DNA of 64,000 nt from a bacterium (GTDB lineage: Bacteria; Oederibacteriota; CAKKQC01), in the NCBI GenBank assembly GCA_919901855.1, contig CAKKQC010000008.1, forward strand, positions 20,345 to 84,344. The letters are read 5' to 3'. How positions within the stretch are numbered: the stretch's first letter is position 1; the number at the start of each line of letters is the position of its first letter. The position numbers and the translations under genes are program-made. Of the stretch, positions 9,846 to 19,521 are shown piece by piece. The notes under the pieces are model-generated. The model made no database searches. It had not been told where the DNA came from and saw only the letters and a program-made list of their open reading frames with translations.

Positions 9846-12166
9846 TTGAGCACCGCGAGTTTCCGAATCTTGCGCGTCCCGTCGGGCAGATCGACCACCC
9901 CGAGGTAGCCGCCCGACGCCACCGGCCGGCCCTTCGAGTTGCGCCCGTCCCAGTCCAGGATCCACTTGCCCGGCGGGAGAGCCGCGTGGACTACCTCCCG
10001 CACCAGTTCGCCCGCGAGCGTGTAGACCGTGATCCGCACGGTGCCCGTCCCGGCCGGCACGTTGACGAGGAACTGGATGATCTCGCCCCGGTCGGGATTG
10101 ATGGCCAGCGGATTGGTTCCCATGCAGGCGACCCGGACCTCACCCGGCGCGTCGGGAATCTTGGCCGGCATGACCGAGACCTCCGCGGACATGGGCCCGG
10201 TCCCGTCGCCGTTCATCGCGGTCACCACGTAGTAGTAGCGCGTGCCGTTCACGAGCCCGGTGTCGTCGAACCACGTGTTCGACGTGGTGCCGACGAGCAG
10301 GGCGGGCGAGGAGGTCACCCCCGGAGACGCGCTCCGGTACACCTGGTACGCCGACACGTTCTCGTAGGACGGGTTGGGCAGCCAGGTCACGAGGGCCGCG
10401 GTGTCCCCCTGCCGGGTTCCCGGCCCCGCGGGGGCGGAGGGCATCGTCGACCGGTACCCGGTGGTCGTGACCGTCCCGAAGAGGGGGTCGGTCCCCTTCG
10501 TGTTGCACGTGAACAGGGCGTAGCCCGTCCCCGTGACCGAGACCGTCCAGGTGAAGGTCGTCGACGACATGGGGTTGATGATGACGGTGCCGGAGAGCAT
10601 GGCCATGGTGCCCAGCTGGGAACTCGGCACGCAGGCAAACACGGAGACCGGCGACCCCGCCGGAGAGACGACCACCCGGGCACTCGCGCTGAACACGGTC
10701 CCGCCGCCCTCGTTGGTCACCGTCAGGGACACCGTGAGCTGGCCGCCGGGCACGAGCGGGAGCGGGGAAAGCGTCACGGAAGAGACGAGCCGCGCCGGGT
10801 AGGCGCAGGTCAGCGGCCGGTCGTTCCACGCCGAGTCCGTGACCGGAAGGCCCCACTCGGCGTCAAGCCCGGAGGCGGTCGCGCTGAACCAGACCTGGCC
10901 CGCCGACGACGTCGCGATCGACCAGATGAAGCGCCCGGTGGCCCCCGGCGTGAGACTACCCGTGAACCAGGTGGCCGCGAACGGTCCGGCCGAGATCGAG
11001 GCGGCGCCGGCACCCGCCACCACCTCGGCTTCGCCCGTGATGCCGCTGACCGTCGCGTCGCCAGAGTTCGTGACATCCAGGTAGAGCGACCCCGTCAGCC
11101 CGACCGCGAGATGCGCCGGCGAGACGGAAAGACTCGCGACCATCGATCCCGGGTCCCGGTCGTAGCGCTCCGTGACGCCGTAGACCGTGCCCGAAGTCGC
11201 CCAGTTCCCCCCCCAGTCGTAGCTGGCCAGCGTCGCGGACTCGCCTCCGACCGCGTAGAGCACGGTCCCCGAGGGCGGCGCGGCCACGACGAGCCCGACC
11301 CGGCCCGGCCCCGCCGGCAGACCGGGAAGATTGAACGGGGCCCGGGCGTCCCACCGGTTCGCCTGCGGGTTGAACCGCTCGCAGGCGGGCGTCGATGTTC
11401 CCTTCGCGATCCCGCCCGCCACGTAGATCATGCCGTTGCCCGGCGAGGCTGCCCCGGCGCCCCCGCGCGGGGTCGGCATCGGCGCCATCGCCGTCCAGGT
11501 GTTGGTCGCGGGATCGTAGACCTCGACCGCGCCCACGTACTCGATCTTGACGTTCGTATTGCTGACCCCGCCGATCAGCGCCGTGATGCCGCCGATGCAG
11601 TAGATCCTCCCCCCGACCGCCACCGCGGAGTGCAGGAAGCGCGGTGTCGGCATCAGCGCCTTCGACGTCCACTGATTGGTCAGGGGATCGTACGCCTCGA
11701 CCGTGTTCAGGATCGTGCCGGAGACGACCCCGCCGGTGACGTAGAGCTTGCCGCCCACGACCGCTCCGGCCGCGAACCGGCGGGGACCCAGCATCGCCCT
11801 GCGGGCCACCCAGCAGTTGCAGCCGGGATCGTAGGCTTCGTTGTCCGCCAGCCCCGCCTCGCCCCTGGTTCCGGAGACGGCGTAGATCGTTCCCCCGATC
11901 GCCGCGACGACGAGTCCCGACCGGGTCACGCTCATGGACGCCATGGAGGTCCACACATCCGCCACCGCGTCGTAGACCTCGTTCGTGATGAGGTAGGTCG
12001 TACCCGTGAGGCCGCCCACGACGTAGAGCGTGGCCCCCCATGGCGACGTGCCCGCCGCGTACTTCCGGGGTGTGGGGCTCGACGCCACCGGCGACCAGGA
12101 GTCGGCCAGGGACGTGCCGGCGCCCAGAACCAGCAGGCAGACCGCCGCGATCCGCTTCACGTTCAT
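9842..12166 (-). CDS. Secreted Kelch-repeat + Ig-like + FN3 protein with FlgD-Ig/T9SS-CTD-like C-terminal domain
   Basis: Signal peptide; Kelch blades (LYVVGG...EVYD...W, EAYDP.TNQW); TVTNEGG Ig modules; FN3 (YQVYRS..DTGLVNGTRYYYVVTA); CTD VYTLAGELVR..WDGRNSKGRPVASGGY..KLAVLK. Confidence 0.85.
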   Translation of the reverse strand: MNVKRIAAVCLLVLGAGTSLADSWSPVASSPTPRKYAAGTSPWGATLYVVGGLTGTTYLITNEVYDAVADVWTSMASMSVTRSGLVVAAIGGTIYAVSGTRGEAGLADNEAYDPGCNCWVARRAMLGPRRFAAGAVVGGKLYVTGGVVSGTILNTVEAYDPLTNQWTSKALMPTPRFLHSAVAVGGRIYCIGGITALIGGVSNTNVKIEYVGAVEVYDPATNTWTAMAPMPTPRGGAGAASPGNGMIYVAGGIAKGTSTPACERFNPQANRWDARAPFNLPGLPAGPGRVGLVVAAPPSGTVLYAVGGESATLASYDWGGNWATSGTVYGVTERYDRDPGSMVASLSVSPAHLAVGLTGSLYLDVTNSGDATVSGITGEAEVVAGAGAASISAGPFAATWFTGSLTPGATGRFIWSIATSSAGQVWFSATASGLDAEWGLPVTDSAWNDRPLTCAYPARLVSSVTLSPLPLVPGGQLTVSLTVTNEGGGTVFSASARVVVSPAGSPVSVFACVPSSQLGTMAMLSGTVIINPMSSTTFTWTVSVTGTGYALFTCNTKGTDPLFGTVTTTGYRSTMPSAPAGPGTRQGDTAALVTWLPNPSYENVSAYQVYRSASPGVTSSPALLVGTTSNTWFDDTGLVNGTRYYYVVTAMNGDGTGPMSAEVSVMPAKIPDAPGEVRVACMGTNPLAINPDRGEIIQFLVNVPAGTGTVRITVYTLAGELVREVVHAALPPGKWILDWDGRNSKGRPVASGGYLGVVDLPDGTRKIRKLAVLK

Positions 12167-12244
12167 ATGTTAGCAAGCGGAGGCTTGCGGACGGGCCCTC
12201 ACGCTTGCGGCCCTGTCCCGCATTGCGGGAGAGTGGATACACCA

Positions 12245-14146
12245 GTGGACGCCACAGAGCGCCGGTTCCTCGCGATCGCCGCCGTGACGGCCCTGGCCGT
12301 CTCCTGCCTCCCCCACCTCTGGGCGGCCGTGACGGCCCCCGCGGGCACGCGCTTCGGCTGGGGCGTCGGGTTCCTGCCCGATACGCTGGGCAACCTCATC
12401 TTCGTCCGCCAGGCCGCCTCGGGGTCGATCCTCTTCGCCAACACATACACGGCCGAGCCGCACCCGGCCCGGTTCCTGCACCCGCTCTTTCTCCTCGTCG
12501 GCTGGGCCCAGGCGATCACCCGCCTCCCTCCCGGTCTCCTGCTCCAGTTCGTCCGGCTCGGCGGCGCGGCGCTCTTCCTGTTCGGACTCCGCGCGGCTGC
12601 ACGGCGGTTCTGCGGCGACGCGGCCGGCCGCCGCGCCCTCGCCTGGCTCGTGCTCACGGGCGGAGGACTGGGGTTCCTTGCCCCCGTCCTCCCCGCCCTG
12701 ACCGGATCCTCCGACGTCATGGGGGCGGAGATGACCACGTTCTTCAGCCTCTACGAGCAGCCGCACTTCATCCTCGCTCTCGCCCTGGCGCTGTGGGCCG
12801 TTCTCCACTTCCTCGACGCGATAGAGACCGGAAGCGCGCGCGCCACCCGGCTTGCATCGCTATTCCACTTTCTCCTCGCCGCGGTCCACCCCTACGACAT
12901 CCCGGTCACGACGCTGGCCGCCGTCGCTACCGCCGCGCTCGCGCGCCGGCGCCCGTTCCCGTGGGCGCCCCTGCTCGCCTTCGTCGCGGCCCCCGTCCCC
13001 CTCCTCGCCTGGGACGCGTGGCTCACGAGCTTCGTCCCCGTCTACCGCGACTTCGCCGCCGAGGGCCTGCTCGCCGCGCCCTGGCCGGTCCGCGACTATC
13101 TGCTGGGGTTCGCCCTCCTCCTGCCGCTCGCCCTCGCCGGAATCGCGCGCGCGCTTCGCGCCCGCGACTCCCGCTGGCTCCTGCCGGGAGCGTGGCTCCT
13201 CGCGGCGCCCGCGCTCATGTGCCTGCCACTGCCCGCCCGGCGCAAGTTCATGGAGGGTTACCATCTCATGCTCTGCCTTTTCGCCGCCCACGGCTGGTCC
13301 CTGGTCGCGCCGCGGCTCGGCCGGTGGCGGGGCGCCGTCGGGGCGACGGGCATCATCGTGATGAGCCTCTCCCAGGTCTACGTGCTGGCCCGCGACGTCT
13401 ACGCGATCGACCTCGCGCGTAGAGCCGAACGCGCCGCCGTCCGGCTCGAATCCGGCGCCATGCTCTTTCCGCTCCGGCGGGCCGTGGACCGCGTCTTCGC
13501 GCCGGACCCGTGGATGGGCGGCATCCTGTCCCGGGACGTGGACCGGTACGATGTGCCCGACGACCTCGCCCGGGTCCTCGCGTGGTCCGCCGCGCATCTC
13601 GACCGGTCGGCCGTGATCCTCGCCGCTCCCTCGACCGGTCTCCTCGTCCCCATGTACACGCCCCACCATGTCGTGGCCGGCCACCTATTCGAGACCCTCC
13701 GGATGACCGACAAGGTCCTCGGCATTCGCGCCGTCATGGATCGGCACCTCCCCGAGGAGGGCCGGCGGTTCCTCCTGGGCCGGCTCGGTGCGACCGCGCT
13801 CCTCGTGGACGACCGGCTACTCGCGCTCGGCGAGTGGCGGCCGGACGGCGCCCCCTGGCTCAACGTACTGGACGCGGAGGGGCGCGTGACGCTGTTCGCC
13901 GTGGCGCCCGAGCCCGACTGGGCGCCGCTGCCCCGGCTGGCCGTCGAAGCGCAGGTCACGGCGTGCCTCCTGGCGCTGTCGGGCCGGGACCTGCTCGACC
14001 AGGGCCGGTTCGGAGAGGCGGTGATGCGCCTGCGTCAGGCGCTCGAGGCGAGACCCCACGACCCCCGGATCCGGGACTGGCTCAGGGCCGCGGAGGCGGG
14101 CAGGTCCTCGACGCAAGCTCCTCGAGGAACTCGAAGCAGCGGTTGA
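12245..14146 (+). CDS. Polytopic membrane protein (possible GT-C fold) with C-terminal TPR-like helix pair
   Basis: Only the 3' part of ORF 9560-14146 is protein-like: about 10-12 TMs, LFANTYTAEPH, HPYD, VVAGH; C-terminal GRFGEAVMRLRQALEARPHD. Start GTG 12233 or 12245. Confidence 0.65.
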   Translation: MDATERRFLAIAAVTALAVSCLPHLWAAVTAPAGTRFGWGVGFLPDTLGNLIFVRQAASGSILFANTYTAEPHPARFLHPLFLLVGWAQAITRLPPGLLLQFVRLGGAALFLFGLRAAARRFCGDAAGRRALAWLVLTGGGLGFLAPVLPALTGSSDVMGAEMTTFFSLYEQPHFILALALALWAVLHFLDAIETGSARATRLASLFHFLLAAVHPYDIPVTTLAAVATAALARRRPFPWAPLLAFVAAPVPLLAWDAWLTSFVPVYRDFAAEGLLAAPWPVRDYLLGFALLLPLALAGIARALRARDSRWLLPGAWLLAAPALMCLPLPARRKFMEGYHLMLCLFAAHGWSLVAPRLGRWRGAVGATGIIVMSLSQVYVLARDVYAIDLARRAERAAVRLESGAMLFPLRRAVDRVFAPDPWMGGILSRDVDRYDVPDDLARVLAWSAAHLDRSAVILAAPSTGLLVPMYTPHHVVAGHLFETLRMTDKVLGIRAVMDRHLPEEGRRFLLGRLGATALLVDDRLLALGEWRPDGAPWLNVLDAEGRVTLFAVAPEPDWAPLPRLAVEAQVTACLLALSGRDLLDQGRFGEAVMRLRQALEARPHDPRIRDWLRAAEAGRSSTQAPRGTRSSG

Positions 14147-14681
14147 CCCAGATCTCCTCGCTCGCGCCCAGCAGGCCGGGGAGAAACAGCCAGACCGTGG
14201 CTCCGCGCCATCCGATCCGCGGCCGGGCCACGCCCGGCAGTTCACCCGCGAACCGGACGTAGGCCTGGGTCAGGTTTACCCCCGAAAGAAAGAACCCCCG
14301 GCCCGCGTTCCGGTCGCCCGGCAGGTAGAGACCGGGGGCGTCGCCGAAGACGGCCTCGGGCAGCTCGAACTCCATGACGGTGCCGGGGCGTCCCATGCCG
14401 GGCAGGGGGAACTCGAACCGCAGCCGGTACCGCACGGGCTGGCTGCCGCACATGCGCACGAATCTCAGCTCGACCGCCTCGGCGACCAGGGTCGCCCACG
14501 AGAAGGCCGTCCGGACGAATCCCCCGTACCGGGCGCTGAGGTTGTTCAGGAGTTTCGTGCGGCTCCGCGCCCCGTGCCACAGCCACGCCCAGCAGGCGAG
14601 GGCCACGGCCCAGAGCACGAGCGGGAACGGACCCGCGTGCCTCATCCGGCCGTCAGCCCGGCCGGGCACGTCGAAGGTCAC
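14082..14681 (-). CDS. Hypothetical protein with one N-terminal TM segment
   Basis: GTG overlaps the waaF-like stop; GC3-rich codons; hydrophobic FPLVLWAVALACWAWLW. 3' end overlaps the convergent gene by 65 nt. Confidence 0.45.
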   Translation of the reverse strand: MTFDVPGRADGRMRHAGPFPLVLWAVALACWAWLWHGARSRTKLLNNLSARYGGFVRTAFSWATLVAEAVELRFVRMCGSQPVRYRLRFEFPLPGMGRPGTVMEFELPEAVFGDAPGLYLPGDRNAGRGFFLSGVNLTQAYVRFAGELPGVARPRIGWRGATVWLFLPGLLGASEEIWVNRCFEFLEELASRTCPPPRP

Positions 14682-15700
14682 ACATTCCAGCCCTTACCTT
14701 CGACGACGGCTGTTCCGACAGCCGCCGTCACCCGGTCGACTGTGAGCGCGTCGAGACATCCGTAATCGCGACCCCGCACGCAGGCCCTACGGTAACACGG
14801 CGAGCACGAGACATTACCCCACAGGGCCTCGTGGCGCCCCCCCCGCGGCCCGGTCCAGTGCGGGTTCGACGACCCGAACAGCCCGATCGTCGGCACGCCG
14901 ACCGCCACCCCGACATGCATGAGTCCGGAGTCGTTGCTGACGAACGCCCGGCACCGCTTCAGGAGCGCGGCGGTGCCGCCGAGCGAGAGGAGGCCGGAGG
15001 CGTTCACGGGCGGCCGCGCCATGATCGCCGCAATCCCGAGCGAAGCCGCCTGTTCTTCCGGCCCACCCACGAGGACGGCCCGAACGCCGTTCTCGAGCGC
15101 CAGCCGGTCCCCGAGGGCGGCCCACCGCCGCGGAAACCACCGCTTGGCCGGGCCGTACGAGGCGCCGGGGGCGAATGCCACGAAGCGGTCGCCTCCCTCG
15201 GCGGAGATCCGGAGGAACCGGTCCACCTCGGCGTCGTCCTCGGGGCGCGTCTGCCAGACAAGATCTCGGACGCCCGGCGCATCAAGTCCCGCGGCCATGC
15301 CCAGCAGGAGGTAGTGCTCGATCTGGTGCGTCGACCGCGGGGGCGGCGGCACCGGCTCGGTCAGGAAGAGGTGCCGCCCGCCGCCCGCGAACCCGATCCG
15401 GACCGGGATCCGGGCGGCGCCGAAGGCCACGGCGACGCGCAGGGACGACGAGCACGAGATCGCGAGATCCCAGGTGCCCTCGCGCAGGAGGCGCGCGAAC
15501 CGCAAGGGCGACCCCTCGGGCTCGTCGACAATCTCGTCGACGGCGGGGCCCCGTTCGATGACTGGCCGGATCTTCGCCCTGGCCAGGACGCCGAGGTGCG
15601 CATCCGGCCAGTGCGCCCGGAGGGCAGCCAGGAGGGGCGTAGCGAGGACCGCGTCCCCGATCCAGTTCGGAGCCTTGACGAGGATGCGCGGGAACTTCAA
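14678..15700 (-). CDS. waaF: LPS heptosyltransferase II-like (GT9)
   Basis: ILVKAPNWIGDAVL, APGASYGPAKRW, SNDSGLMH, LFGS, CSPC motifs. TTG start overlaps the apgM stop. Confidence 0.88.
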   Translation of the reverse strand: MKFPRILVKAPNWIGDAVLATPLLAALRAHWPDAHLGVLARAKIRPVIERGPAVDEIVDEPEGSPLRFARLLREGTWDLAISCSSSLRVAVAFGAARIPVRIGFAGGGRHLFLTEPVPPPPRSTHQIEHYLLLGMAAGLDAPGVRDLVWQTRPEDDAEVDRFLRISAEGGDRFVAFAPGASYGPAKRWFPRRWAALGDRLALENGVRAVLVGGPEEQAASLGIAAIMARPPVNASGLLSLGGTAALLKRCRAFVSNDSGLMHVGVAVGVPTIGLFGSSNPHWTGPRGGRHEALWGNVSCSPCYRRACVRGRDYGCLDALTVDRVTAAVGTAVVEGKGWNV

Positions 15701-16914
15701 GCCCCGAACTTGTCGAGGCGCATGGCGTGGGCCATCGCCAGCGGCATCAGGTCCGTGGCGTGGATCCGGCCGAGCCCGCCCCGATCGCAGTTGAGTTCCG
15801 TGAACCGCGCCCGGCCGTCCGGGCGGCCCGTCGGCGACAGCAGGAGCACGGGGGAGGGGTGCCACGAGTGGCCCTTGAGGACCGACGGAGTCGAGTGGTC
15901 GCCGGTGACGAGCAGGCAGTCGGGCTTGAGCGCCAGGATCCTCGGCAGGAGCCCGTCGACCTCCTCGATCACGTGGATCTTGGCGTCCCGGTTGCCGTCC
16001 TCGCCGTAGGAATCGGTCTTCTTCACGTGGAGATAGACGAAGTCGTGGGTACTCCAGGCTCCCTCCAGGGCCGTGATCTCGTCCGCGACGCGCTCGCCGG
16101 TAACGGGAATGACGTCCATGCCGACGAGGCTCGCGAGCCCGCGGTACATGGGATACACGGCGATGGCGCCCGCCTTCAGCTTGAAGACCTCGCGGAACTC
16201 GGGCAGGGTCGGCGGCGCGTCGAAACCGCGGAGGAGCAGCATGTTCGCGGGCTTCTCGCTCGCCAGGATCTTCCCGGCCTGCATGATGAAGTCGCACACG
16301 ATCCCGTGGGTCTTGCGCCCCGCCGGCGTGTCGTTCGCATGCTCGGGGTCCAGCGGCTTCTTGCCCTCCTGCTGCGGGTCGGTGTCCGTAATCCCGTGGT
16401 CGAGGCCGGCCCCGCGGAACAGGACGGCGGCCCGGTGCTCGCGTTCGGCCTTCACCGTCACGGTCACGCCGGGAATCCTGATCCCGGCGTTGAGCTTCTC
16501 GCAGAGCTTGACGGCGGCCTCGGTCGGAATCCGACCAGCCCGGCGGTCCGTCACGACTCCGCCCTGGTCGACGGTGCAGAAGTTGATCCGCGCCGCGATG
16601 TCGCCCGCCTGCATCTCGAGCCCGAGGCCGGCGGCGGAGAGCACACCCCGCCCGATCATGTACTTGATCGGGTCGTAGCCGAACAGCCCCAGGTGGCCGG
16701 GGCCGCTCCCGGGCGTGATCCCCGGGGAGACGAGTTCGATGGCGCCGAGCGTGGCGCGGGGCGCGATTGCGTCGAAGTTCGGGGTCTTCGCCTCGTCGAG
16801 CCCGGTCAGGCCCTTCGGCCCGCCGGGGATGCCGCCGAGCCCGTCCATGACGACGAGCAGGATCTTGGTGGTGTTGGGGCGCGCCAGCTTCGCGATGAAC
16901 TCGAGTGAGACCAT
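15697..16914 (-). CDS. apgM: 2,3-bisphosphoglycerate-independent phosphoglycerate mutase (ApgM type)
   Basis: VVMDGLG, TPGSGPGHLGLFGYDP, DRRAGRI, HVKKTDSYGEDG, TGDHSTP, HSWHP. Confidence 0.93.
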   Translation of the reverse strand: MVSLEFIAKLARPNTTKILLVVMDGLGGIPGGPKGLTGLDEAKTPNFDAIAPRATLGAIELVSPGITPGSGPGHLGLFGYDPIKYMIGRGVLSAAGLGLEMQAGDIAARINFCTVDQGGVVTDRRAGRIPTEAAVKLCEKLNAGIRIPGVTVTVKAEREHRAAVLFRGAGLDHGITDTDPQQEGKKPLDPEHANDTPAGRKTHGIVCDFIMQAGKILASEKPANMLLLRGFDAPPTLPEFREVFKLKAGAIAVYPMYRGLASLVGMDVIPVTGERVADEITALEGAWSTHDFVYLHVKKTDSYGEDGNRDAKIHVIEEVDGLLPRILALKPDCLLVTGDHSTPSVLKGHSWHPSPVLLLSPTGRPDGRARFTELNCDRGGLGRIHATDLMPLAMAHAMRLDKFGA

Positions 16915-17397
16915 CTAGACCTCCTTAAGGGAAATGAGGGCCCTGCGGACGGCGTCCACGTGGCCCTTGACGACGACGGACCGGAAGACCTTTCGGATGA
17001 TGCCCTTTGCGTCGATCACGAACGTGCTCCGGTCCACGCCCGGGAACGCCCTGCCGTACAGCTTTCGGACGACGAGAACGCGGTACCGCCGGCAGACCCG
17101 CCGCGCGGGGTCGGACAGCAGGGGGAAGGGCACGCGCTTCGCGCGCGCGAACCGCCGGTGTGACGCCACCGTGTCGGGGCTCACCCCCAGCACCTCCGCC
17201 CCCGTCGCCCGGATCCGGCGGTAGTGGTCCCGAAAATCCTCGGCCTCGAGCGCGCACCCGGGGGTGAAGTCCCGGGGGTAGAAGTAGAGCACGACCGGCC
17301 GGCCGCGTAGCGTCGCCAGCGTGACGCGCCTGCCCCGCTGGTCGCGGAGACCGAACGCCGGCGCCCGCCGGCCCTCGAGGGGGTCCTTCCGTTTCAT
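16915..17397 (-). CDS. bcp: Peroxiredoxin, BCP/PrxQ family
   Basis: VVLYFYPRDFTPGCALEA, GVSPD, FPLLSD, RSTFVID. Confidence 0.9.
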   Translation of the reverse strand: MKRKDPLEGRRAPAFGLRDQRGRRVTLATLRGRPVVLYFYPRDFTPGCALEAEDFRDHYRRIRATGAEVLGVSPDTVASHRRFARAKRVPFPLLSDPARRVCRRYRVLVVRKLYGRAFPGVDRSTFVIDAKGIIRKVFRSVVVKGHVDAVRRALISLKEV

Positions 17398-17452
17398 CGC
17401 GGGACTAGGTTATCAAACGGGCCAGGCCCGTGCCACGGCGCGACGGGACGGC

Positions 17453-18955
17453 TCAGAGGTCGACGGTCACCGCCACGACAACCGTGAGCCCGCTGAGATC
17501 GAACGGCAGGTCGTTGTCGTGATCGTCCTTGTAGACCTCTCCATTCCTGACGTCGGGCCCGTTGACGTTGTCGATGACCCCGTCCTCATCGACGTCGACG
17601 TTCCTGGTGGCCATCATCGCCGGCACCTTGAGCAGGCGGTATCCCAGGTCCGCGCCGACCGAGATCGAGGGCGAGACCCGGCAGGCCGCTCCCACGAGCA
17701 GTTCCACCACGTAGCCGATCCCGGTTGTCGGAATGCTGTAGTTGTGGTCGACTTTGCCGGACAGATCGGACATGAGCCCCGTGCCCGTGGTGACCTGAGA
17801 ACTCGCGACGGTCTGCGTGGCGTTAGCGATTCCCAGGCCCACGAACAGGCCTCCCGACACGGACAACTCCGATCCCAGGGGATACTTCATCCGTCCACCG
17901 CCCTCGAGGAGAATCAGGGAAGCCGCAATCCTGTCCGCCAGGCTGAACTGCTGGTCGATAGAACCGAACACGCCGAGGTCTTCGTGCATGGCGGCCTTGA
18001 AGTTCGCCTCGCTCGTGCCCGCGCTCAGGTAGCCGATCCGCGCGGAAGTCACAAGCCCGGGCATCATGAGGTATCCGCCCTCCACGCCCGCAATCATGCC
18101 ACCCGAGAACGTGGTGAGCTTCTTGTCGGACACCGTCAGGCCCGCGTCCTCGACCGATGCCACGCTGTCATCGAAGTCCCGCTTCCACTGCGTATTCCAC
18201 GCCTTCAGCGAGACGGTCCCGTAACCGCCCCAGACGCCGACGCTTATCGGAGGCAGCGCGCGGGAGGACCGGCGTCCGGCGCCCAGCGTCGCCGCGGGGG
18301 CCGCCACCGCCGGCGCGGCCGCCGGAGGCGGCGACGCCGCGACCTCCGCGCGCATGGAGTCCGCGAAGGTCCGGATCCCCGGGTTGTCGGGGTGGAGCGC
18401 CAGCGACTTGTCGTACGCCTCGAGCGCGCCGCGCTTGTCGGCCCGCGCGTACCGGCAGTTCCCGAGCAGCTGCCACGCCTGCCAATGGTTCGGATCCGCG
18501 CGGACCGCCGCCGCCGCGCCCTGCATCGCGGTGTCGTAGCTGGCGGCGTTGTATTGCGCCAACGCGGCCTCGTAGGCGACCTCGGCGGGCGACGCCTGCG
18601 GCGTGGCCGCCGCGGCAGGAGCGGCTGCCGCCCCAGCCATCGAGTCCACGAACGCCTTGAGCTGGGGATTGTTCGGATTCACCTGGAGCGAGTACTTGTA
18701 GACCGTCAACGCTCCGGCTTGGTCCCCCATCGCATATCGGGCGTTTCCGTCGAGCTGCCACGCCTGCCAGTTCTGGAGGTCGAGCTGGACCGCGGCCTCG
18801 GCGTCCTTGATCGCGCCCGCGTAGTCGGCGGCGCCGTACTTGGCCGTGCCCGACGCGTAGAGGGCGTCGGCCCGGGGGTCGGACGCCAGGGCTCCGGACG
18901 CCATCCCCAGGGCCGCCCAAGCTGCCGCCATCGCCATCCGCCATCCGGCGTTCAT
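17453..18955 (-). CDS. TPR-repeat protein with C-terminal outer-membrane beta-barrel
   Basis: Signal peptide; two similar TPR blocks (WQAWQLDGNARY / WQAWQLLGNCRY ... P.NP); Ala/Pro linkers; alternating beta strands (VGADLGYR, LSGLTVVVAVTVDL). Confidence 0.7.
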   Translation of the reverse strand: MNAGWRMAMAAAWAALGMASGALASDPRADALYASGTAKYGAADYAGAIKDAEAAVQLDLQNWQAWQLDGNARYAMGDQAGALTVYKYSLQVNPNNPQLKAFVDSMAGAAAAPAAAATPQASPAEVAYEAALAQYNAASYDTAMQGAAAAVRADPNHWQAWQLLGNCRYARADKRGALEAYDKSLALHPDNPGIRTFADSMRAEVAASPPPAAAPAVAAPAATLGAGRRSSRALPPISVGVWGGYGTVSLKAWNTQWKRDFDDSVASVEDAGLTVSDKKLTTFSGGMIAGVEGGYLMMPGLVTSARIGYLSAGTSEANFKAAMHEDLGVFGSIDQQFSLADRIAASLILLEGGGRMKYPLGSELSVSGGLFVGLGIANATQTVASSQVTTGTGLMSDLSGKVDHNYSIPTTGIGYVVELLVGAACRVSPSISVGADLGYRLLKVPAMMATRNVDVDEDGVIDNVNGPDVRNGEVYKDDHDNDLPFDLSGLTVVVAVTVDL

Positions 18956-18982
18956 GGATTCCTTGTTATAGCATTACCCCGT

Positions 18983-19021
18983 TTGACGGGACGCCCGGGC
19001 CCCGGCTAGACTGGCGGCATG
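18983..19021 (+). promoter_or_regulatory. Leaderless sigma70-type promoter
   Basis: TTGACG (18983-18988)-N18-TAGACT (19007-19012)-N6-ATG (19019); no Shine-Dalgarno. Confidence 0.7.
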
Positions 19022-19456
19022 ATGACACGATTCGGATTACCCATGGCCCTGATGACCGCGATCCTGCTCGCCGCATGCCGCTCCAGCGACTCCGGCGGCG
19101 CGAAGCCCGAGGCGTCCGAAATGACGACCCCGTCGGGGCTCAAGTACGTCGACCTCAAGGTCGGCGACGGGGCGTCGCCCCAGCCCGGCCAGATCGCGGT
19201 CGTCCACTACACCGGCTGGCTGACCAACGGAACCAAGTTCGACAGCTCCCGCGACCGGGGCGCGCCGTTCGAGTTCCCGATCGGCCAGGGCCGCGTCATC
19301 AAGGGTTGGGACGAGGGCGTGGCGACCATGAAGATCGGAGGCCGCCGGAAGCTCACGATCCCGCCCGAGCTCGGCTACGGAGCCCGGGGAGCGGGCGGAC
19401 TGATACCGCCCAATGCCGTCCTGGTCTTCGACGTCGAGCTCCTCGGGGTGAAATAG
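19019..19456 (+). CDS. FKBP-type peptidyl-prolyl isomerase, probable lipoprotein
   Basis: Lipobox LLAAC; VHYTGWL..GTKFDSS, VIKGWDEG, IPPELGYG, LVFDVELL. Confidence 0.95.
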   Translation: MMTRFGLPMALMTAILLAACRSSDSGGAKPEASEMTTPSGLKYVDLKVGDGASPQPGQIAVVHYTGWLTNGTKFDSSRDRGAPFEFPIGQGRVIKGWDEGVATMKIGGRRKLTIPPELGYGARGAGGLIPPNAVLVFDVELLGVK

Positions 19457-19521
19457 CGCCCCGGCAGGGCTGGACCGGCCTCCACTGGCCGTGACTTGGC
19501 GTCCTGTGGGAAGATGAATTC

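Noticed and set aside
9560-12244. 5' two-thirds of the 1528-aa ORF 9560-14146
   Set aside because: Antisense to the Kelch and PorV-like genes; only the part from about 12245 looks like protein.
15701-16297. N-terminal extension of the heptosyltransferase ORF
   Set aside because: Overlaps apgM in another frame; GT9 similarity begins at TTG 15700.
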